Shown here: piece after piece, positions 54,906 to 64,000 of the stretch
Layout of the letters: every line of letters begins with the position of its first letter
Position numbering within the stretch: position 1 is the first letter of the stretch
NCBI GenBank assembly: GCA_012295275.1
Contig: CM022679.1
Coordinates: 10,044,001-10,108,000 of the forward strand
Reading direction: 5' to 3'
DNA from: Chrysomallon squamiferum
Taxonomy: Eukaryota; Animalia; Mollusca
Length of the DNA: 64,000 bases
Notes under the pieces: generated by a model
Told to the model about the DNA's origin: nothing
The model's database searches: none
The model's input: only the letters and a program-made list of their open reading frames with translations
Program-made: the position numbers and the translations under genes

Positions 54906-57428
54906 ACTAATAGGTTCCCAAAGAGAATTTATTTGCATGCTGGAAACCACATTTTACTTACACAAACAACACAAAATAACTTGTTGACATTTATTATTAT
55001 ATAGAGACTTTCTGATTGATGGAGATTTAAACAATAAAAATATGTAGGAGCCAGAATATTTATTTTCTGACAATACTTTCAAAGGAACAGGTTCAAGAAA
55101 ATCAAGGAATGATACTAATAACAACAATAAAAATGAACAAGTCAAAGGTTTTTTTTTCCCCACTAATATATTTAATGACCCAAAGAATCAAAAGCCAAGA
55201 AACATCCCACATATGTATATATGCATAAAGAAGAAGAGGAAAAAAGATATTGTCTCAAATCATCCAGAAACTACAAAAATGTAAATAAACTAACAATAGT
55301 ACTTCAAGTACTGAATATCTAAGATTGCAAATCTTGAGATAAAAAAAAAAAACCCTGTCTGAAAATATTCTTTTGGTTATTTTCATACCCTGCAGAGTAT
55401 AAACATCTTCATTAGTGACCTTTCTGCACTCAGCAAGCACCAGGTAACCCACAGGATCACTGATAAGAAGAGCTTGCAGTCCAATGGTCAAGGTAAGAAA
55501 CTGGTAAACAATATCACCAGGATATCTTCACGAGATAACGCTGATCTTGTAAAACACCATGATAAGGTGATCACTACAAGAAAGCACTGATGTCGGATAG
55601 AACTTAGTATCAGCAAGAAAATAATAAAAGTCACGTTTGTGTAATGAATTTGGTTAAAGTGATATTTTTGACCAAAAAAAAGAAAATGGAGATCTTGTAA
55701 ATTTTATAACCATGACATTAACACAACAAGGATTTCAGAAGAAAAAAAAACCTTTCATCTGCTGAATACAGATATGATTTTGTTGCATCAGCAGCAGTTT
55801 AAAGAAAAAAAATTAAAGTGGCAGTTCAGGTCATTAAGATGATAAGATATCAATGATCTTACGAAAGCTGAGATTACAGAATACATCTTATTATCTTGTG
55901 AAAAACAATACAAGGATACATACACCAAAACATACCAAATTACTGAAACTATCGGGTTATTATATCATCATAGAAAAACTATTATTATTAACAGAACAAA
56001 ACAGCCATGATTTTGTAATTTCCACAAGAATACTAACCAACATTATGCAATGAAAACCATTAAAAAGAGGACACAAGAACCAGAAGGTTAGAAAAAAAAA
56101 AAAAAAACCACTACATATCTAACCATTAACCTAGAACCTTTTAATGTGATAGTTTGTTTTACACGAAACAGCTTCAGAACGTTATCCCTTTCTGCAGCGA
56201 GTATGGCTTGATGCATCCAAATGGGAGCATAATTCATTATTTACACGGAGTATGGTCAAGTCATTGATACTTTTCTCTATAAATCCCTTGGGTTTTTGTA
56301 TTTCAAACACTGGAAAAATGCCAGTGGAGAAAGCAAATGGAGTTTTTATGTGTTGTTTCCTATCACATTACAGACCTCGTTGGGTAACAAGAAGCCGGTT
56401 TATTTCATTTCAAAGAAATGGTCAACAACGTATTAAAACTGTTTAATATAAAAAATAATTTATTATTACGACTTTTTGAAAGCAAGGTATTAACAAAATA
56501 TCATCACATATTTAAAAAAACAAATGCCTTAGTGGAAAACAGCAGAATGGAAAAAATAATAATTTTTTTTATGTTATATGCTAGTCATATATTAACAAAA
56601 TGTTCTTTACAACAATAATCAAAAGTATATTTGGACCTGTTACTTCAAAGTAAAGATTAGGAAAATGTTTTTAATATAAAGTATCTGTGTTATTATAAAA
56701 TAACTTTAAAAAATATATATATAAATACAATAAATAATTAATAAATAAATCAAAATTCACTGAATATTTTCTGTATCATTTCCAAAATCAAAACAATTGT
56801 AATCATTTCCAAAAGAAATTATACCAGCTTTAACTTCATATCAGTAAAGAAAAAATTGAGAACTGTAAAATACTGGTAATTCTATAATTTAAGTATATGC
56901 ATAATAAGACAGGTTATTTATTTATTTATTCAGAAAAAAAGAAATAAAAGAAAGATATATATATATAAAAAAAGAAAAAAAAAAAAAAAAAAAAAAAAAT
57001 GTCATTATTTAAAAAACTTTTCTTTACCAATCTGAAGTACAGATTTGCATGATTTCTTTTACTGTTGGGTATATAAATATTAAAATAACTCTTCCCCAGT
57101 GATAACCAACACAAATATTACCAGATTATTACCCAGCCAGGCTACAGATACGACATATATCAGACAGTGGTTCAAGTTGAAATACGAAGTAGAATAGCAA
57201 ACGCTAGTATAGTGTGATAATGATTCACCTGACTGGTGCAGTTTTCAGCCTGATGAGTTTAACAGAAACTGTAGACAAAATTACACATCAAAAATAAGTT
57301 TTCTTTCACATCCCCAAGTGGTGATAAACAACAGAAAAGTCATAACCTGTAAGTGTTTTATCCCAGCAGATATGTGTTTTGGCCAAAAAAAATAGTTTTT
57401 ATTACCACCTGGAATTTTTGTATGAGAA

Positions 57429-57482
<54 letters not shown>

Positions 57483-58764
57483 CAATTGGTATCAAATTCT
57501 TTCTAAAATGCATTTTTGATTTCATATTTAAAAAAAATAAAGAAAGAAAGAAAGAAAGAACTAATGAAAGAAAGAAAGAAAAGAAAAGAAAAATTAAAAG
57601 AATAATAAATTACTTTCATAGAATTCAGAAAAATTTATCAATAAAAAAAAATAAAAAATAATAATAAAAATGATAATAATAAAATAAAATAAAATAAAAC
57701 AAACAAATAAAGTAAAAAGAACAACAGCAGACAATGGTCACATTCAGAGAATTCAGAAACAATGTCAACTTGATACTAAATCAAAGCAGTGTGTGTGATA
57801 CAAAACACCAATATTCCTGCAGACAGATCAATCATTTCATTCAACACTGAGCTTTTATTTAACAACTACTGTTTAAAACTAAAGGATATAGGATTCGTTT
57901 TGCTTAGATAATGCTCTCGATATATCTTTATGTACAAAAGATAAAATTTGGCTCTCTTGGGGAAAGATCAATAACTATTTATTATCACAATAAAAACTGA
58001 CATTTAAAACACACACATATTCTATTTTATTTTGAAAATATTCTCCGTGTACTATTAAAAGATATAAAATTTTTAAATTTCAGGATATAAATGTGTCATT
58101 TACAATAATAAACAAACTAAATCTTTTTAAAAACTTAACATTTAACTATAAAAGGAGATTTTATTTCTTTATATATATATAAAAAAAAAAAATAATCTAA
58201 GAAACATAGGATATATAAAAAGGAGATTGTTCTTAAAGAGAAATCAGTGTTTAAATTTACAACAGTAAAAAGCTTAACTGCTTAAAAAAATTAAATTTAA
58301 ATGTATAAAAAAGATAGAGCTTTTTTTTAGCTCACCAAATAATCACTGTGAGTTAGATATAGAAGACAAAAAATCTTAACATACCAATGAAAAAAAAAAA
58401 AAATCAATATAAACAATAACATTAAAATACACAAGATTTAAATTTTTTCTCCATCTACAAAAAGTTTCAATTTTGAACTTTTTCAAATAACATCTTGCCA
58501 AAGACATTTTTTAAATTATTAATATATATATTTTTTTAAAACAGAATTAGACAGGAATGGCTTGACACAAATTTTTTATAAAACGTAAAAAACAGAAAAA
58601 TAATATGCAATAAATAGGTTTCACAGCTTGTTTTGTTTGAACTAGTTTTGTCAATCATTTACTTAGTTTACTTTTAGCACAGAGCAATCAATTCTCAGCT
58701 CACCTGATTACTGTTGTTGAAACAAAGGCGAAATATAATATGTGGAATGGTTAGTGATCAAAGC

Positions 58765-59165
58765 TATACAGGTTGTACAACCCAGAATAAATTATATAAA
58801 GGATATACAGTTTTTAATAAATCATTTCTAGGTTGCACAAACCAGGACATTTCATATGCAGGCTATGTAACCATGAACAACCCAAGGCTGTACAACCCAA
58901 GAACAAAATGGCATATAATCTATATAACTTAGAATAAATGATATATACAAGGTATACAATCCAGGACAAATGATATACAGACTATATAAACCAGGACAAA
59001 TGATATAAAGGCTATACAACCAACAATTAAAAGCTGTATATCCTACATGACCCTAAACAATTGATGCATAGGTTACATAACCAAGAACAAATGATACACA
59101 GGTTATAAAACTTAGAATAAATTATATATGAGCTGTACAACCCTGAAGAGATAATATATAAGCTA
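58765..59165. repeat. Degenerate ~30-bp tandem repeat
   Basis: ggctatacaacc.agaacaaatgatataca recurs about 13 times. Confidence 0.75.
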
Positions 59166-59446
59166 CGTTATGCGTTTTTGTGTCTATGTGTGTGTTTTAA
59201 ACACTAATATTTTGGAGAAACAAATTTAACTACACTAGATATTTGTACATGTGGGGCCTCATTTAAGGAGTCTGTTTTAGTGTTACACGCATGACACTTT
59301 CATTTATTTACAATGACCAAACACCTGCATTTAAGAAAAACAGGTGCAATAAAGTGAAACCAAAGCTGAAACTGTGTGTTGGTGAAATGTGTTTTATCAT
59401 CCAGCAGGCAATAAAGTAAATTTAATCCAGTCTTTGCCTGAAAAAA

Positions 59447-59448
<2 letters not shown>

Positions 59449-59520
<72 letters not shown>
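59449..59520. repeat. (TG)n microsatellite
   Basis: Direct reading. Confidence 0.95.
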
Positions 59521-59521
<1 letters not shown>

Positions 59522-59709
59522 ATTGTGGCCCCCCTCTCTTTCTCTTTCTTTCTCTCTTTCTCTCCTTCTGTGTGTGTACATGTGCATGCATGTTTGTGTT
59601 ACTTAGATCCTTTTTTTGTATTTTCTGTATTAATATTTTCAAATCTTCTCATTATGTACTCTAAATATGTATATTTTTAATGTAAACTTTGTACTGTCAA
59701 CATCTATCA

Positions 59710-59900
59710 TCAAATCCTGCACTGTATTTCTGAAATCCCATCCTTATATTGCCTGTGTGTTCTTTAAATCCCATCGTTTACGATGTTTTATGTCTGATTT
59801 CCGTAAATCCCATCTTTACACTGCATTTGTCTGTGTTTCTTAAATCCATATTTATGTTGCCTTCGTCTGCATTCTTCTGTTTTCATTTTACATTACTTCT
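59710..59900. repeat. Degenerate ~40-bp tandem repeat
   Basis: ttct.aaatcccatc.ttac repeated ~4 times. Confidence 0.6.
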
Positions 59901-60164
59901 GCATTCTTCATTCTGTATGATGTGAATTCTAAGCTGAGTTGTCATGAAATATCTCAATATATAGTTCTCACAGAAAGTTATATATCACATCCAACAGAGT
60001 GTTGGCACATAGATTCCAATCTACAGAAAGATGTTCACAGAGGATTTAAAATATCTTGTCTTCCAGAATTTGGAGGTCCATTACTATTTTTCTTCTTTAA
60101 ATTTGTCAATATTTAAGATATTAAGTCAAATACTATACTCAGATACCAGGTCAGACCAAATTAA

Positions 60165-60336
60165 CCCTTTTGGCATCAAATTGTGGCACTAGACATACTT
60201 CCCAGCATCAGGTATTTCTGGGAAAATTACGTAAGTGAAATATTAGGGCTTGAGTTAAGCCAGTGCATTATACTCAGATTTCTCACCAATGGGTCTTCCA
60301 GAATGAAGTAGTATCTTATCAATGGCACCAACAGGG
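60165..60336. mobile_element. Candidate piggyBac-type MITE (172 bp)
   Basis: TTAA flanks both ends (60161-64, 60337-40). Ends CCCTTTTGG / CCAACAGGG are an 8/9 inverted match starting with CCC. Confidence 0.5.
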
Positions 60337-61097
60337 TTAAATCTACATTAATAATAAACAATTTAAACATATCGGTATTAAACAGAACGCTAAATTCTTT
60401 GATGAAAGTATGCTAGAATCTATCTATAATGCACCCAAGTCTCATATTAGCCCAAGAAAATTACTGTTAAGACATCTTGTGATACCTTAGTCCCTTAACC
60501 AGCTGGTAGATCATGTTCCACAGTCTATAAACAAACTTGCAGGGATTAATTACATTGTACACTGTTGAATATTATAAACTATGTTACATACACATTGGTG
60601 CTTTTACAAAGAGGTTGAGAATTGTATTGCATTAAGCTCATGAAATGTCTGAGCCAATATATTTCAAGGGTGTTTTTGAATGACAGGTGCAAAAAAAAAA
60701 AAAAAAAAATTATTACAGCAGGTTTTGACTCTATTTTGTCAATTGAATAATACGCATATTTGACATAGATGTATTATGAGTATGCATGAAGTATCTATGT
60801 AGGTATGTATGTATGTAGGTATGTATATATGCATGTATTACAGGTATGTATGTATTTGTAGTGTGTCTATATGTGTGAGTGAATGACATTTTAATGTGTT
60901 TGTGTGTGTGCATGTTCATGCTATTTGTGTATGATTCAGTACGGTATGTGTACGATGTGTACAATGTCAATGCATGCGTAGATGCATGTTTCATTATTCA
61001 GCCACGCATTCCAGATACATCCAAACAGCAAGAGTGTAACTTTTGTATGTTCTGAAGTGATTTCATCACATTGTCTGCATCTTGTCCGTCCTTGCCA

Positions 61098-61131
<34 letters not shown>

Positions 61132-61907
61132 ACAGCATTTCTGAACGACATCTTCTAAAACAGTTAGCGAGTGCCAGACGAGAAGTGTAGGAAATCCCGC
61201 AGTGGCTTTTTGTCTGTGTCGTCGCACGTATTGATTTTACTCTGTCTGTCAGAGGAGGTGATGGTAACACAACACTTTAATGGAACACTTGACACACAGA
61301 CAGCTTTAGTGAATACAATTCATCAGTTTCATAAATCAACCTATCTGATGCTTGACAAGCGATTGCAAGTCAAAAGAGTTTTAATTAAATGGATAATTCT
61401 ACTTTACGTCTTGACGGGGAAAAAACTTTTATTTTTTTATTTTTTTTTTTTTTTTTTTTAAAATGAAAAGAAGAGAAATGCCAACCAAAAAAAAAAAAAA
61501 AAAAGAAGAAAAAAAAAGTAAAGAGAAGATTTCAACCGCTGTTAAAACCTCATTTAGATTTGAATACTGTTACAGTCTGTGTCTGTATCTGATTAGATAA
61601 AAGAGAAACTAAATATGTTCATCCAAAGTATGAGCATATTTTTGAAAACATAGGTATGAAATTATATGAAAAATTAAAATGAAAATGTGTGATCTTACTT
61701 GTATATGTAACTGAATACATTACACTTTTCTTACTCTCTGAAGTTATTTCCAAAGTACTTTTCCTCAACCACCCCCCACACCCCCCCACACACACACCAT
61801 CTCTCAAACACCCACATACCTACACAACAGCAAGCATGCATGCATCCACGTGCATACACACACAAACTCTCTCTCTCACAAGAAAAAACAAAACAAACAA
61901 CACTTAC

Positions 61908-61975
61908 CTGGTGATTTCCACTACCAGAGTACAATCCAACAGGTTGACTGTTATACAAAGTATTCTCCAGATGAT
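61908..61975 (-). CDS. CASKIN: Probable upstream Caskin exon (68 nt)
   Basis: Strong acceptor (tcttttatgtctttttttgtAG) and consensus donor CAG|GTAAGT. Open frame HLENTLYNSQPVGLYSGSGNHQ ends in phase 0, compatible with the 36256 exon. No recognisable domain. Confidence 0.65.
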
Positions 61976-62379
61976 CTACAAAAAAAGACATAAAAGATAA
62001 ATAAATTTTGAACATAAAAACATGCACAGCTCGTGTAACGTCACAACAGTAATGAATCAACAGGTCTATAACATACAACAGATATCCCTGTATAATTTAT
62101 ATACATATATACACACACACATACCCACAGAGAAAGAGTCCTGCTCTGCACTCACTGCACACTGCACTGAGATCTAATTATATGGATGGGTGACTAGAAA
62201 ACCAAACTGTGTTACATTTATTTCACTCACTCAATCTTCTTCGTCTCTTATATTTTTCACTTGATGCAGTTCGTTTGTTGGTAGTAGTGGACTTGGTCTA
62301 CGGCCAATACTTTTAAGTGGCAGCGAAAACAGTTTTTATTGGCAGGCTATAGTCTATATCAATAATCTACAAGCCTGAT

Positions 62380-62915
62380 GACTGATGATATAAAACACCT
62401 CTCAACTTGCAGATAAAAGTGTTGTGTACTGATAACTAATGATATAAAAACTTTGCAGCTGAAAGTATTGTATAACACTATATGTACTAAGAACTAATGA
62501 AATAAACTTCGTAGCTAACAGCATAGTAAAAAGCTGTATGTATTAACAACTAATGATATAAACTTCGTAGCTAACAGAATAGTAAAAAGTAAATGTCTTA
62601 GCTAGCTATATAGTGAAAATCTATAGAGAATTGATGATATAAACTTCATTAGCTAACAATGAAGGAAAAATCTGCATGCAGAGAGAATTAACAATATAAA
62701 CTTTCAATCTTGTCATCATAGTAAAAAGCTGTGAGAATTAATGACACAAACTTTGTAGCTAACAGCATAGGAAATGTCTGTATATACTAATGACATAAAC
62801 CTTGTAGCTAATAATAAAAAGCTGAATGTTCTGAGAAATAATGTTATAAATTTCATAGCTAACAGTCTAGTGAAAAGCCACATGTACTGATGATATTAAC
62901 TTTATAGCTAACACT
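62380..62915. repeat. ~52-55-bp minisatellite
   Basis: aactaatgatataaacttcgtagctaacagcatagtaaaaagctgtatgtact repeated ~10 times, moderately diverged. Confidence 0.85.
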
Positions 62916-64000
62916 CAAACACGTTTTTACAACTTCCAGACTTGAAGAACATGGATCAAGGTAACATTTATTATGTGTTAAAGATTCTTAATGACAGAAT
63001 ACAGAGGTGGTGTTAAAATGACTGGAAAAGTAATTACGGAATTTCATCACTTTTTTCTTTATATTTTAATCACCATCTGATTGTAATTATATTTCTCCTA
63101 AATAAATAAATAAATAATTTTTAATATATTTTTAGTTTTAGCATAATTTGGTTAAATGAACATCAGTTTAATTTAAACCATTACTGCCCTAACATCAATT
63201 CTGAAAAGAGATTATCATTAAATATTTTATTTTAAAAAAAAAAAAAAAAAAAAAAAATAAAAATTTCAATATTTAATATCAAATAAAAACCACAGTAGAA
63301 TATTATAAAAAATTATCCTACAAAACTTTGGCATTTTCAACTCATCATCATCCAAAACCAAACAAAATAAAAGTTTTTAAAAACAAAAGCGCAATATTTT
63401 ACCTACATGATTACATGGAAGAACGCACACGAAACATGAACCATTTCCCATTCAGTATTTTAATAGATTCTGGTGGACAGCGTGCCACGAATGACCATTT
63501 AGCATCTTTTAGCTTTATAATCCTGTCAAATGCGCTCATGTCAGATGCATTTAGAGTGAAAACTACGGTGGAAGGCCCCTGAAGACTGCACACAACACTG
63601 GCCAATTAGCTGTAACAGGATGGAATAATCAAGCATGGTGTACTGAGCCGTAAACCGGTACAATATCATGCAGCATGTTCGATATTCAATGGATCCGCAA
63701 ACAGTCCCAACAGACTCGCTGCTCAATTGTAATTCACTTTAACAACGATGATGGATAGGAGTGATCTTTCCACTTCCATAATTTGTCAAGAGAAAGTGGT
63801 GGAATACAATGTTTTTCATGAAAAAAAAAAAAGTCTTAATTAAGCCAAGGACACAGTGTTCTAAAATGAAGTGTTGGTCCTCTTTTTTATTCTTTTTCTC
63901 AACATGCAATGATGTTCTGAAAAGTCCATTTAATCAAAAGTCACAGTGTCCTAAGATGAAGTTATTAAGTAATTTTTCTCAACATTCATATTTGTTTTAT

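Noticed and set aside
63320-63810. GC-richer patch with three short ORFs as a further Caskin exon
   Set aside because: No convincing donor/acceptor pair and no ankyrin or SH3 similarity that I could recognise.

Overview
AT-rich, microsatellite-laden animal genomic DNA with spliceosomal introns. The repeat content suggests a mollusc or other lophotrochozoan, but that is inference only. Two convergent genes are present. (1) The last five coding exons of ribosomal protein RPL18/eL18 lie on + (1-4002). Its first visible intron holds a decayed hAT (Buster/Charlie-type) element and a strongly folding ~300-nt candidate ncRNA. (2) The 3' part of a Caskin-family scaffold gene lies on - (nine exons, 61975 down to 11329), encoding tandem SAM domains, a large Pro-rich exon and the Caskin C-terminal tail; its ankyrin/SH3 exons would lie beyond the window. 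Main oddities: the 2267-nt Caskin exon is one base short of frame, with two overlapping genuine reading frames. The conserved SAM1 helix-5 Gly reads as Val. Minisatellite arrays sit at three Caskin splice donors, and two of them copy the donor itself. Almost all other listed ORFs are microsatellite or antisense artefacts.
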